Program-made: the position numbers and the translations under genes
Notes under the pieces: model-generated
Told to the model about the DNA's origin: nothing
Database searches by the model: none
The model's input: only the letters and a program-made list of their open reading frames with translations
Assembly (NCBI GenBank): GCA_964607485.1
Contig: CAZSKP010000027.1
Coordinates: forward strand, 1-48,039
Length of the DNA: 48,039 nt
Source of the DNA: an uncultured bacterium
Lineage (GTDB): Bacteria > Abyssobacteria > SURF-5
Direction: 5' to 3'
In this document: one piece after another, positions 20,431-28,913 of the stretch
Layout of the letters: every line of letters starts with the position of its first letter
How positions within the stretch are numbered: position 1 is the stretch's first letter

Positions 20431-21690
20431 TTAATCGGCGAAAATGACGCCGGCCCTTTGAGTGATTCTCCTTATCATCATTCCGCCGAGGCGAAACAGA
20501 AGTTTGAAAAGACGGTGAACGGGATAATAGAGAAAGGCCATCCTCGAAGCCAACTTCTTATCACTATTCCCGGTCAACCTCGCGGGCGGCAAAGAGAGCG
20601 ACTCCAGCAGGCACACCAACTTGTAGGAAAGACGGTCTTTGCTCAGAAGCTCACTGCACAGCCTCTTAACAAACCATTTGGGAAGAATCGGCGAAGATTC
20701 GTCTCCCGAAAGAATGCTGGATTTGATTACCCGCTTGAGCAGCTGGTCCTCGAACTTGCTCAAATTCGAGCCGCGCCTGAGGCTTTCCAAGACCTCTTTG
20801 TCTATGCGCGCGCCCATGACATCCGCCGCGAGGAACAAGGGGTAGTATATGAACCTTTCGAAGTTGCGCTCCTTCGCTTCCTCGACCACCCAATCCCAAT
20901 CGAGCGAATCGCCATTGTTTCCTATGACCTGGCAGATATCGGATAAATTCCTCACCCTCCCGACGAAGTCCCCGCCATAGGAAAGGTGCAGGCACAGATG
21001 TATCACGGAGTCCTCCGGAGACAAGACTTTTGTGTCAACGCCTCCAATGCTCGCGGCCCCAGCTCTTCTCCACAGTCCATCGGCGTCGATCCGAAACACG
21101 TTGTTGGGCCTGACGATGTTTCGGTGTATCTCCATGACCGTCCCGTTAGCCGGGTTACGATAGGGCGCCAGGTGGTGATGATTTTCTTTGTACCACTCCT
21201 TGGGCCGGCAGCCCTCGGAATGGACATAGCCCAACTTGAGCAGGGCCGCGTCTGCCCTGTCCAGGTCTTCCTCGCGAACCAGAAGGTCAACGTCGGCCAT
21301 TTCCCGGAGGGCGACGTTCTCCCAAACATGCTCTCCGAGCGCCGCCCCTTTGAGCAGTATCGCCTCAATTCCCGCATCCTCGAATGAGCGCAATACATTT
21401 CTCAACTCTTCATAACGGACGGCGTTTTGAAAGCCGACCCTGCGGTAGGTCAACTCGAACTCCCGCCACACATGAGGGGGAACGGCGGAGCTCATCCCGA
21501 TTTTCTTCAGATTATGAAACACGAGCGGCGCAACACAATTCTGCTGCGCGCCTGTCAGGACATCGTCCCAGTTCAATCGTCTTCCGACGATTTCGCCGAC
21601 TCGATGCGCGGCTTCTCTGTCGAGACCAGGACGAAGCAACGTGAGCAACAGCTTTTTCTCGCGCGAGGACGGCGACATGTTCCCTTTCAC
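20431..21690 (-). CDS. Nucleotidyltransferase family protein (type found in PqqD/lasso clusters)
   Basis: ILLKGAAL, REMADVDLLV, EIH, HLCLH motifs. Confidence 0.85.
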   Translation of the reverse strand: MKGNMSPSSREKKLLLTLLRPGLDREAAHRVGEIVGRRLNWDDVLTGAQQNCVAPLVFHNLKKIGMSSAVPPHVWREFELTYRRVGFQNAVRYEELRNVLRSFEDAGIEAILLKGAALGEHVWENVALREMADVDLLVREEDLDRADAALLKLGYVHSEGCRPKEWYKENHHHLAPYRNPANGTVMEIHRNIVRPNNVFRIDADGLWRRAGAASIGGVDTKVLSPEDSVIHLCLHLSYGGDFVGRVRNLSDICQVIGNNGDSLDWDWVVEEAKERNFERFIYYPLFLAADVMGARIDKEVLESLRRGSNLSKFEDQLLKRVIKSSILSGDESSPILPKWFVKRLCSELLSKDRLSYKLVCLLESLSLPPARLTGNSDKKLASRMAFLYYPVHRLFKLLFRLGGMMIRRITQRAGVIFAD

Positions 21691-21740
21691 AATACTGTCT
21701 GATTACGCTTCGGCGCGTATTCGCGCGGTTCCCATGTCTA

Positions 21741-22019
21741 TCATTGGATTGGCACAATCAATTTGAAGGCCAGCAGAGTCTCGATGAGATTTACTGAATC
21801 TTTTCGAGCTCGTTCTCGCTCGACATCGAATTCCTCGTGCATCTTTTCCGCGATTTCATCGACGGCGCACCCCTGCTTCAAGAAGCGCCATATCCTCAAC
21901 CCAGTGCTGTTCAGGCCGTAGGACAACTTCGTATCCAGACAGATGAGAGTCGCTTCATCATCCAACACTGTCTCGATAACCTCGGGATTCGGTTGAAACC
22001 TGCGCTCTTCCGGATTCAT
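21741..22019 (-). CDS. PqqD-family RiPP recognition element (RRE)
   Basis: LDDEATL...YGLNSTGLRIWRFL...EIAEKMHEEFDV...LIETL. Confidence 0.88.
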   Translation of the reverse strand: MNPEERRFQPNPEVIETVLDDEATLICLDTKLSYGLNSTGLRIWRFLKQGCAVDEIAEKMHEEFDVERERARKDSVNLIETLLAFKLIVPIQ

Positions 22020-22046
22020 TCTGTCGTCCTGCTTCGGCTTCTCGTT

Positions 22047-23087
22047 CTATTCTCCTTGCAACAGAGCAATGTCCTGCAAGGGCCCGCCGGGTTCGGCGGC
22101 GCGCAATTCGCCCGCCCACGGGCTTTCGGGAAATTCCGCCAGCCAATCGACCTTCTTGAAGTATTTCAGGCAATACCAGCAGGGGAAATAATCCAGCGCG
22201 CCAAAGTTCCCTTCGTCAAGGCGCCGGAGCTTATCCTTCTTAAACGCGGCCACCGCGTCGATCATGCGTTGATGGGCCTCGTGAAGAGTCATATCGTTTA
22301 GGCTGCCGATGATGTCCGTATCCTCCGTTCCGCCTTTATAGCTGTTCAGGTGACAGCAGAACCCGACCTCGCTCTTGGCAGTGACAAACAGTTGCTTCGT
22401 GGTCATGGGGGGACACAACGCCAGGGGTTTCGGATCATAATAGCCGACGCTGGGCGTGATCTTCATCCTGAAGATTTTCTTCAGGCGTGAGATGTGTTCG
22501 ATGACTTCCCTGAGGTCTCCGGGAGACAGAAGCATTTCCAGGTCGGCCGTTCGAGGCGTCGGCTGAAGGGGTATGAGGACAAGTTCCTCGGCTCCGAGTT
22601 TCGCCGCCAGCAGCGTTATCTCCTCCAACCGGCGAATGTTTCTCTTTGTGACGGTCGTCCGTATTCCGAATGGGATATTCTTGTACCTGCAAATGCTGAC
22701 CGCCTGAAGGACGCGTCGGTACGAGCCCTCCGTCCTGGTGAGGTCGTGAGCGTCCTCCGTGGCCCCGTCCAGACTGAAAAACACCCTCTTTATGACATCG
22801 GGAGAAGGCTTGACGTTTTGATACCAGTCGGCAAAATCCCATCCGTTGGTGATCATGGTGAAGGCCAGGCCGTTCTCAGCCAACGTTTGAACGATTTCCG
22901 GAAATCGGGGATGGATGGTGGGTTCGCCGCCGGTGAAATCGAAATGGGAACAGTTGTGCGCCTTTGCAAACGGAATGATCCGCTCGAGAGTATCCAGGGG
23001 AAGGTCGTCTCCGGAGCCATCCAGAAAACAGTGGGTGCACCGGAAGTTGCAACGAGTGGTAAGCTGAACGCTTATCGATATGGACAT
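22047..23087 (-). CDS. Radical SAM enzyme with Cys-rich C-terminal (twitch/SPASM-like) extension
   Basis: CNFRCTHC, TGGEP, ITNG, FSLDG; C-terminal CPP...FCC...CWYC. Confidence 0.9.
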   Translation of the reverse strand: MSISISVQLTTRCNFRCTHCFLDGSGDDLPLDTLERIIPFAKAHNCSHFDFTGGEPTIHPRFPEIVQTLAENGLAFTMITNGWDFADWYQNVKPSPDVIKRVFFSLDGATEDAHDLTRTEGSYRRVLQAVSICRYKNIPFGIRTTVTKRNIRRLEEITLLAAKLGAEELVLIPLQPTPRTADLEMLLSPGDLREVIEHISRLKKIFRMKITPSVGYYDPKPLALCPPMTTKQLFVTAKSEVGFCCHLNSYKGGTEDTDIIGSLNDMTLHEAHQRMIDAVAAFKKDKLRRLDEGNFGALDYFPCWYCLKYFKKVDWLAEFPESPWAGELRAAEPGGPLQDIALLQGE

Positions 23088-23112
23088 ATGATTCCGCCCG
23101 GCCTGACGCCCC

Positions 23113-23391
23113 TCAGGCGTCTACGAAGCTGAGTATCCCCAAATCTACAAAGGATTGGATGATGCCTTCCAAATCCTCCCGCACCTTGGCTCCGTCGGGG
23201 ACCGTGTAGGTGTCTTTCACACACTCCTCTATATCGTCGAGGCTGTGCGTGCCGTCGCACATGTTCCAGACGAATTCAGCCAAGTAATTGACGATATGCA
23301 CGGAGTCCTTCTCCGAATCATAGAGTACGGATTCGTCGCCCAACTGACGAGAGAGGACCCCATCCTTGCGAAGTGGCATTCTTGTTCCCAT
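23113..23391 (-). CDS. PqqD-family RiPP recognition element (RRE)
   Basis: LGDESVLYD...VHIVNYLAEFVWNMCDGTHSLDDI...Y. Confidence 0.9.
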   Translation of the reverse strand: MGTRMPLRKDGVLSRQLGDESVLYDSEKDSVHIVNYLAEFVWNMCDGTHSLDDIEECVKDTYTVPDGAKVREDLEGIIQSFVDLGILSFVDA

Positions 23392-23394
23392 CGC

Positions 23395-23979
23395 TTACTC
23401 CACTGTTCCTCTTTTCAACCCATACGCCCGTTTATCGAAGCATATCCTATGAACCCAGCAAATCTGCTTCCACAGGAGGTGGCCGATGCCGTATCCCCGG
23501 GGCAATACCCTGGACCTCAAGACAGAGACGGCGTTGAGCCCTTTCCAGAGAACGGAATCGGCGGAACGTTTTCGGGCGTTCACATATGAGCGAATCGACA
23601 GAATGTAGTTCACAGTTCGCCAGAAGACGGAATCCAGCCGAAACCGCCCCTCGGCTCCCCGAACCTCAATCACTTTTCCCAGTATCTCCCCGCGCGAGAC
23701 GGGCCGGTGAAGACGAGATTTGCGGTCTGCCTTCAGGAGGAACAGTTCTACTCCGTCTCTGCGTTCGATTCCGACCACGCGGTGGACACGGAATTTGCCG
23801 GGAGCCCCAAACACAACCACGTCGCCCATGCGGATGTCGCGGCTCCCATGCCTTATGACGAGGGTATCTCCTTCCCTTATCATTGGGGACATACAGTTTC
23901 CCGTTATCGTACAGGCGCTCTGTTCCTGCCTCTCGTTCCAGATGTCGAGAACGGTTTGAAAATGAACCTCAGAAATCAT
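23395..23979 (-). CDS. S24/S26-like peptidase (candidate leader peptidase), Cys at nucleophile position
   Basis: ITGNCMSPMIREGD, GDVVVF, VHRVV, KAD, ILGKV signal-peptidase boxes. Confidence 0.8.
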   Translation of the reverse strand: MISEVHFQTVLDIWNERQEQSACTITGNCMSPMIREGDTLVIRHGSRDIRMGDVVVFGAPGKFRVHRVVGIERRDGVELFLLKADRKSRLHRPVSRGEILGKVIEVRGAEGRFRLDSVFWRTVNYILSIRSYVNARKRSADSVLWKGLNAVSVLRSRVLPRGYGIGHLLWKQICWVHRICFDKRAYGLKRGTVE

Positions 23980-24008
23980 TTCGTATGTCCGTTCGTTCTT
24001 CCGGCCCC

Positions 24009-24959
24009 TCAGTCCACCAATTGAAGGATGAGGTCGGCTGTTTCCTCCGGGTCTCCCAGCACGAGGTTAAAGCATTGGGCTTCGTTGAACGTGGGGGTAA
24101 ATTCAAACAGCAGCGCAGCCGTATTCTCTATCGGACCGATGTAGGAGTTGAGCAGCTCGAACATGGCGTTGGAGCCCGAGACTCGTTCCAGCCTGGGCTT
24201 TTCTCCGAAGCCTCTCAAGAAAATTATGAAACGGGGCCTGCAACTGTGGGAAAGGGCTCCAGGAACGATGTCTTCGATGTCCACCATCCGCTCCGACACG
24301 GAAGTTTCCCCCGAAGCCTCTCCCGTATTCGCTCCCAGGCGCAAGCCCAGCAGTTCCTGCGACTCAGAGCGGATGTTCACCTTTCGAGGGAACGGCTCCA
24401 ATATGCCCCGCGCGAGGTCAAAGCATGCAACCTCATCGGAAAGGAACTTGCAGCCGCGCTCCACGAGCTTGAGCACCGACGTGGTTTTTCCCATGCCCGA
24501 GGTGGCCGAGAAAACGATACCCTTTTTCCGCCACGCCACAACGCCCGCGTGGACAAGGTGATAGTTCTTCGCCGCAAGTCCGATTGTCGTGAGCAACGAC
24601 GATTGAATCAGGATGAGCGGGTCGCAGAATCCGGACAGGCGTTCGGTAGAGGTGTGAAGGTCCTGACACGTAAAGCAACTGTAGCCGTCGACCTTTGATA
24701 ACTGGTAGAAATAGCGTTTATCATCGATGAGCAGCTCGTTCGACCCGGCGAGGTCGTCCATTATCTGCATTCCCGGCCAGGCGATGTTCTCCCATTTCAT
24801 CTGTCGGTGTGACGGCTCATCGTCGGAACCCAGATAAAAGCGGCGGTACATCGACCTGAGGTGGGCCAATATCTCTTCCGAGTTCGACCTGATTCCGATT
24901 TCCTCGTCCAGGAAACGATAGAAATCGACAGGCAGAAAATCTGTTCTCACACTGGTCAC
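24009..24959 (-). CDS. HPr-kinase-related P-loop kinase
   Basis: VHAGVV, SATSGMGKTT Walker A, FLSDE, PFPR. Confidence 0.85.
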   Translation of the reverse strand: MTSVRTDFLPVDFYRFLDEEIGIRSNSEEILAHLRSMYRRFYLGSDDEPSHRQMKWENIAWPGMQIMDDLAGSNELLIDDKRYFYQLSKVDGYSCFTCQDLHTSTERLSGFCDPLILIQSSLLTTIGLAAKNYHLVHAGVVAWRKKGIVFSATSGMGKTTSVLKLVERGCKFLSDEVACFDLARGILEPFPRKVNIRSESQELLGLRLGANTGEASGETSVSERMVDIEDIVPGALSHSCRPRFIIFLRGFGEKPRLERVSGSNAMFELLNSYIGPIENTAALLFEFTPTFNEAQCFNLVLGDPEETADLILQLVD

Positions 24960-25034
24960 CGTTTCCTCCGCTTCCTATTCAAAGCGGTGCCGGGAATGAC
25001 CGAGGCCGCTTCGAGGTCATCTCTTGGTGTGTGC

Positions 25035-26147
25035 TCAGGGATTCGCGATAGATGTCTCCTCAATACCTGCCTTCTCTTCTTCCTTCAGCGCGCGCCAACA
25101 GCCGGGGTCGGCCTTGAACGGGTCGCCCGTCAGCGCATAGGAGAGGCACTTGAGCCCTCCGCGGCACTGCCCGAAGAATGAGCACCGCTCGCAGCCCTCG
25201 CTGATGCGGTCTTTGTCTCGGAGGTCCCGAAACAGCCGGCTGTCGTTGTACAGTTCCACCAGGGGAGTTTCCATAACGTTTCCCACACGTATGGGCATGC
25301 GGCGGCATGGATAGAGGTCCCCGTTCGGTTGAACGGTCACGAGGGTGTTACCGGCGCCGCAATGGTAGGGTCTGCCTCCGCCCACGAGAAACTGGAGGGC
25401 GCGGCCCATGTGTATCTGAGTTCGGCAGAAGGAACGCGCCGCCTCGCCGTGCGCCTCATGCATGACCTCGAAGAACTCTCGCGTCTGTTCGGGCGAGAGC
25501 ATCCCGTCATTCAATTCGGAGCCGCTGCCCCACGGGATGAGTCGATCGGACCACACGCGGCTGACGCCCAACTCCCGGCCCAATCGGGCGACATCGGCGA
25601 ATTCGCGGAAGTTGGCTCTCTGCGCGGTGAAGGATATGGAGGTTCGGACGTTCGCGCTCACCAGGTGCTTCAGGGCGGAAACCGTCTGCTCGAAGGCGCC
25701 CGCGCCCCGGATCTCATCGTTCCGGGTCTTCGTGCCCTCGACGCTCACCTGCACAGAGGCAGCGCCAAGGCTGCGGAGCCGGCGAGCCATCTTCGCGTCG
25801 ATGAAGCTCCCGTTCGTGAGAATTCCGAAGCCAAACGATTCTCTCTTGGAGTGAAAGGCTTCGAGCAGGTCGAGAAAATCCGCTCGAATGAAGGGCTCAC
25901 CACCCGAAACGTTTATGTAGCCCGAAACCGGAAGCGGTGCCCGCGCGCGCCGCTGGTGCTCGAGTAATTCCTCGAACTGGTCCAGGACCGCGAGCAGATC
26001 CTCATAAGGGAGCTCTTCCCCCGAGTAGCTCTCCTGATAGCAATGAGTGCACCGGCGGTTGCATCGTTCGGTGATATGCCATTGGAGCACAAGCCGCGAG
26101 GGATGGTTCGGCTCAGCTCGAGCTCTCTCGGACGTGGTTGAGCGCAT
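25035..26147 (-). CDS. Radical SAM/SPASM domain peptide maturase
   Basis: CNRRCTHC, SGGEP; SPASM CGAG...GDLYPC...CERC-x5-CRGG-x2-C...DPGC. Confidence 0.93.
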   Translation of the reverse strand: MRSTTSERARAEPNHPSRLVLQWHITERCNRRCTHCYQESYSGEELPYEDLLAVLDQFEELLEHQRRARAPLPVSGYINVSGGEPFIRADFLDLLEAFHSKRESFGFGILTNGSFIDAKMARRLRSLGAASVQVSVEGTKTRNDEIRGAGAFEQTVSALKHLVSANVRTSISFTAQRANFREFADVARLGRELGVSRVWSDRLIPWGSGSELNDGMLSPEQTREFFEVMHEAHGEAARSFCRTQIHMGRALQFLVGGGRPYHCGAGNTLVTVQPNGDLYPCRRMPIRVGNVMETPLVELYNDSRLFRDLRDKDRISEGCERCSFFGQCRGGLKCLSYALTGDPFKADPGCWRALKEEEKAGIEETSIANP

Positions 26148-26165
26148 GCAAGCTATGCTATGGCG

Positions 26166-26309
26166 CTACGCCCCGCAGCCACAGCCGCCGTATGAGGCGT
26201 CGGCGCCGTGAGGCCTGATGGCGTCCTCAAGTTCTTCCTTGGAATACGTGGCCAGAACCGTGGGTTCCACGTAAAGTTGCTTTTCCCCATCTCTTCTTTC
26301 TTCTGCCAT
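26166..26309 (-). CDS. RiPP precursor peptide P1 (47 aa)
   Basis: MAEERRDGEKQLYVEPTVLATYSKEELEDAIRPHG-ADASYGGCGCGA; RBS GAGGAGGAG. Confidence 0.85.
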   Translation of the reverse strand: MAEERRDGEKQLYVEPTVLATYSKEELEDAIRPHGADASYGGCGCGA

Positions 26310-26421
26310 GAGTCTCCTCCTCTTTGCCGCCGCGCTGATGAAAACATCACCTCCCGGCGACAAGCCACCCGAACATCACTCGCGGTGAGCGGTGAACCCT
26401 CCAGGTGTTAGGTGACTAAGC

Positions 26422-26592
26422 CTAAGCCACCGGTGGGGGTATCCCGCAGCCGGGCCCGCAACCGCCGGTGTCATATGAGCTATCGGGACCGTGAGGCCTG
26501 ATGGTCTCCTCGAGTTTCTCCTTGGAATATGTGGCCAGAACAGCGGGTTCTACATAGGGCTGTTCTTCCCCACTCCTTCTTTCTTCTGCCAT
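26422..26592 (-). CDS. RiPP precursor peptide P2 (56 aa)
   Basis: MAEERRSGEEQPYVEPAVLATYSKEKLEETIRPHG-PDSSYDTGGCGPGCGIPPPVA. Confidence 0.85.
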   Translation of the reverse strand: MAEERRSGEEQPYVEPAVLATYSKEKLEETIRPHGPDSSYDTGGCGPGCGIPPPVA

Positions 26593-26718
26593 AGGTCCCC
26601 CCTTCTCTCTTGCTGCCTTGATGACGGTGACATCACACGGCGACAAGTCACGGTGCCATCGCTCGGGATGAGTAATAGGCCCCGTCGGTTTCAGCCGGTT
26701 ATGGCTGAGCGCTCGCTC

Positions 26719-26868
26719 CTACAGAATTGACCCGCAGCCACAGCCGCCGTATGAGGCGTCGGGACCGTGAGGCCTGATGGCGTCCTCAAGTTCTTCCTTG
26801 GAATATGTGGCCAGAACCGTGGGTTCCACGTAAAGTTGCTTTTCCCCATCTCTTCTTTCTTCTGTCAT
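26719..26868 (-). CDS. RiPP precursor peptide P3 (49 aa; not in ORF track)
   Basis: Translated by hand: MTEERRDGEKQLYVEPTVLATYSKEELEDAIRPHG-PDASYGGCGCGSIL; RBS AGGAGGAG. Confidence 0.85.
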   Translation of the reverse strand: MTEERRDGEKQLYVEPTVLATYSKEELEDAIRPHGPDASYGGCGCGSIL

Positions 26869-26994
26869 GACTCTCCTCCTGGGTCCTGCCGCGCTGATGA
26901 CAGTGTTACCCTGCGGCGACAGGCCGCCGTGCCATCACTCGAGGTGAGCGATTGACCCCATCGGTTTCAGCCGGTTATGGCTGAGAGCTTGCTC

Positions 26995-27177
26995 CTACAG
27001 AATTGGCCCGCAGCCGCCGTCGTTGCCGTCGGGCGTGCCGCAGAGCCCGCCGGTGCAGTACGTGTCCGCGGAACCATGAGGCCTGATGGTTTCCTCGAGC
27101 TCCTCCTTGGAATACGTGGCCAGAACTCTGGGTTCGACGTAGAGCTGCTTCCTCTCATGCCGTGCTTCCTCTCTCAT
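26995..27177 (-). CDS. RiPP precursor peptide P4 (60 aa)
   Basis: MREEARHERKQLYVEPRVLATYSKEELEETIRPHG-SADTYCTGGLCGTPDGNDGGCGPIL; RBS AAGGAGGAG. Confidence 0.85.
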   Translation of the reverse strand: MREEARHERKQLYVEPRVLATYSKEELEETIRPHGSADTYCTGGLCGTPDGNDGGCGPIL

Positions 27178-28111
27178 CAGCACTCCTCCTTTTTAGGAAA
27201 TGGTTGCCCTTGGGATCCCATTTGCTCCCATCCTTCAGTAGTTGGCGCTTCCAGATTCCTTTGAGGGCATGCAAATTCCCCTCTTTTGCGTTTCTGTGTA
27301 TTTCCGTCATCCTTTGCCTGGTGGCCGGGTCGTACAGGGGATACAGGCAGTCTATGTGCGACCCGCAGAATATATGGTCGTAGTGGTCCAGATGTTCGGG
27401 GGTAAAATGGGAAACTCTGTCCGAAAACGCGGCGTACAGGCTCGCACCCGTGTTGTACCTGTACCAAACGCCCCCCATCGCGCATGAGTATGGAAGGAAC
27501 GGCTGAAAATCAAAGTACCTGACCTTGAGTTTCCATATCTCATCCCGCAGTTTTCGAACATCCGGAATCCACATGAAGGATGTGTGCAATCGCGGCATCG
27601 TGTGGGTGTGCGTGATATTGTCGTTGAACCCGCCTATCAACTTGCCGGCGATCAATCCGTCGAATTCAAACTCCTCGCAACTGTCCCAAAGGCAGATGTC
27701 CGGGTCGAGAAACACGACGGGGCCTGCTGCAGTCGCGTCGGCGGCCATGCTGAAGATCGTGTTCTGGATAAACTCATGGTGCTTGACTCCGGGCTCCGGA
27801 ATCTGTTCAAAATGGCAATCGTTCCCTTTCGCCAATACCTCTACCTGGGCCCTGGCATCCGGAATGCTCGAGTTATCCACAACCACGATGTTCGCATTGG
27901 GAAAACCAACCCTCAGCGTTTTAAAGATCAGCTCGGTTCCGTAGAACAGTTCGAGGTTTTTGCAATATGTTAAGATAAAAACGGTCGCGACCTGTTTCGC
28001 CGCGTCACTTTTCCTTGAACAAACGAGGCGTTCCTTCAAGCCGTCTAGTCTTTTCGCGGCATCTCGGGTATTTTCGTTCTTCAACTTGAGCTCTTTGACG
28101 AAACTTCCCAC
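27155..28111 (-). CDS. Divergent GT-A fold (glycosyltransferase-like) protein, copy 1
   Basis: VFILTYC, IVVVDNSS, VFLDPD (DxD) motifs; GTG start after AGGAG; 3' end overlaps P4. Confidence 0.65.
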   Translation of the reverse strand: MGSFVKELKLKNENTRDAAKRLDGLKERLVCSRKSDAAKQVATVFILTYCKNLELFYGTELIFKTLRVGFPNANIVVVDNSSIPDARAQVEVLAKGNDCHFEQIPEPGVKHHEFIQNTIFSMAADATAAGPVVFLDPDICLWDSCEEFEFDGLIAGKLIGGFNDNITHTHTMPRLHTSFMWIPDVRKLRDEIWKLKVRYFDFQPFLPYSCAMGGVWYRYNTGASLYAAFSDRVSHFTPEHLDHYDHIFCGSHIDCLYPLYDPATRQRMTEIHRNAKEGNLHALKGIWKRQLLKDGSKWDPKGNHFLKRRSADERGSTA

Positions 28112-28176
28112 CCAGGCTCCTGTCTCAGACGATTGTCATCGCATTATCAGAAAAAACAATGAACCACCCGCAATGA

Positions 28177-28192
28177 TGCATTATCAATACCA
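28177..28192 (-). promoter_or_regulatory. Probable sigma54 promoter for GT-like copy 1 and the precursor/maturase operon
   Basis: Minus strand TGGTATTGATAATGCA (GG-N10-GC); IHF-like AT tract TAACTAATTGACA at ~28232-28244. Confidence 0.5.
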
Positions 28193-28479
28193 CACCGACG
28201 CGATTCTGCTATGGGAAGCGGTTGAAGTCTGTAACTAATTGACATTAAAATAGATAGGCTAGGAAAAAGATGCGGCTGGAGAGACAGGTGACTTATGATG
28301 GGGGGATCGGCAATGTTTTCTTTTCACATCATAGAGCGAAATATGTTGAGGAATTCCTTCATCAAAGGGCAGGTTGGGACTCCTCCAGAAGCAAACCCCC
28401 GAGGGAACAGTTGACGATTGAAAAGGAGGGAAGACGCCTTGTTATCGCGCGTCACGTCGAAGATGTTATGCTCTCCTAA

Positions 28480-28597
28480 GGAAAATCTGTCCCTATTCTG
28501 ATAAGCTCCTGCCCGTCATGCTTCTTCAGGCAGTTGCGCCTGGAACCACAAGAGACGGGCATAAGGAGAAAGAGTCATGGGGGTCTTCACGGGCAAA
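28480..28597 (+). repeat. Direct repeat copy A: SDR upstream region plus first 7 codons
   Basis: 118 bp, 7 mismatches versus 31381-31498 by manual alignment. Confidence 0.92.
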
Positions 28598-28728
28598 CCG
28601 GCCACCGCAGAATCGACCGGTCCGTGAGGTTGTATCGTTTGCTCCAGTTCCTCCTGTGAGCGTGTTGCCGCCACTTCGGGCGCGACACAAGGCTGTTCTT
28701 TCATGTACGCGGGGAGGCTCAGAACCAC
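28516..28728 (-). pseudogene. Degenerate precursor P6, core replaced by antisense of the duplicated SDR leader
   Basis: QPCVAPEVAATRSQEELEQTIQPHGPVDS matches the family leader; the ORF runs into repeat copy A from 28597. Confidence 0.7.
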
Positions 28729-28745
28729 CTCCCCTTCATCTCAGG

Positions 28746-28913
28746 TTATCCTGGAGGACATGCGCATCCGCATCCGCATCCGCACCCCTCTTCGCAGCCG
28801 TAGGTATCGGTCGTGCCGTGAGGTTTTATCGTCTCATCGAGTTCTTCTTTTGAGTATGTTGCCAGCACTCTGGGCTCCATATAGAGCTGCCTATCCATGT
28901 GCTCTTCACTCAT
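28746..28913 (-). CDS. RiPP precursor peptide P5 (55 aa; not in ORF track; alternative start 28922)
   Basis: Translated by hand: MSEEHMDRQLYMEPRVLATYSKEELDETIKPHG-TTDTYGCEEGCGCGCGCACPPG; RBS AAGGAGG. Confidence 0.85.
   Translation of the reverse strand: MSEEHMDRQLYMEPRVLATYSKEELDETIKPHGTTDTYGCEEGCGCGCGCACPPG

Larger units (their letters stand above)
26166..27177 (-). repeat. Tandem array of ~280-310 bp units (precursor gene plus conserved intergenic region)
   Basis: ATGs at 26309, 26592, 26868, 27177; intergenic blocks share TGATGA...CGGCGACA...CATC-CTCG and GGTTTCAGCCGGTTATGGCTGAG. Confidence 0.85.

Noticed and set aside
26335-26930. CTGATGA in the repeated spacers as a hammerhead ribozyme core
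   Set aside because: No GAAA following a stem II, the motif is altered in one copy, and it lies antisense to the operon
26166-27177. Possible CRISPR array
   Set aside because: Units are ~280-310 bp, diverged and protein-coding; no short identical repeats with unique spacers and no cas genes
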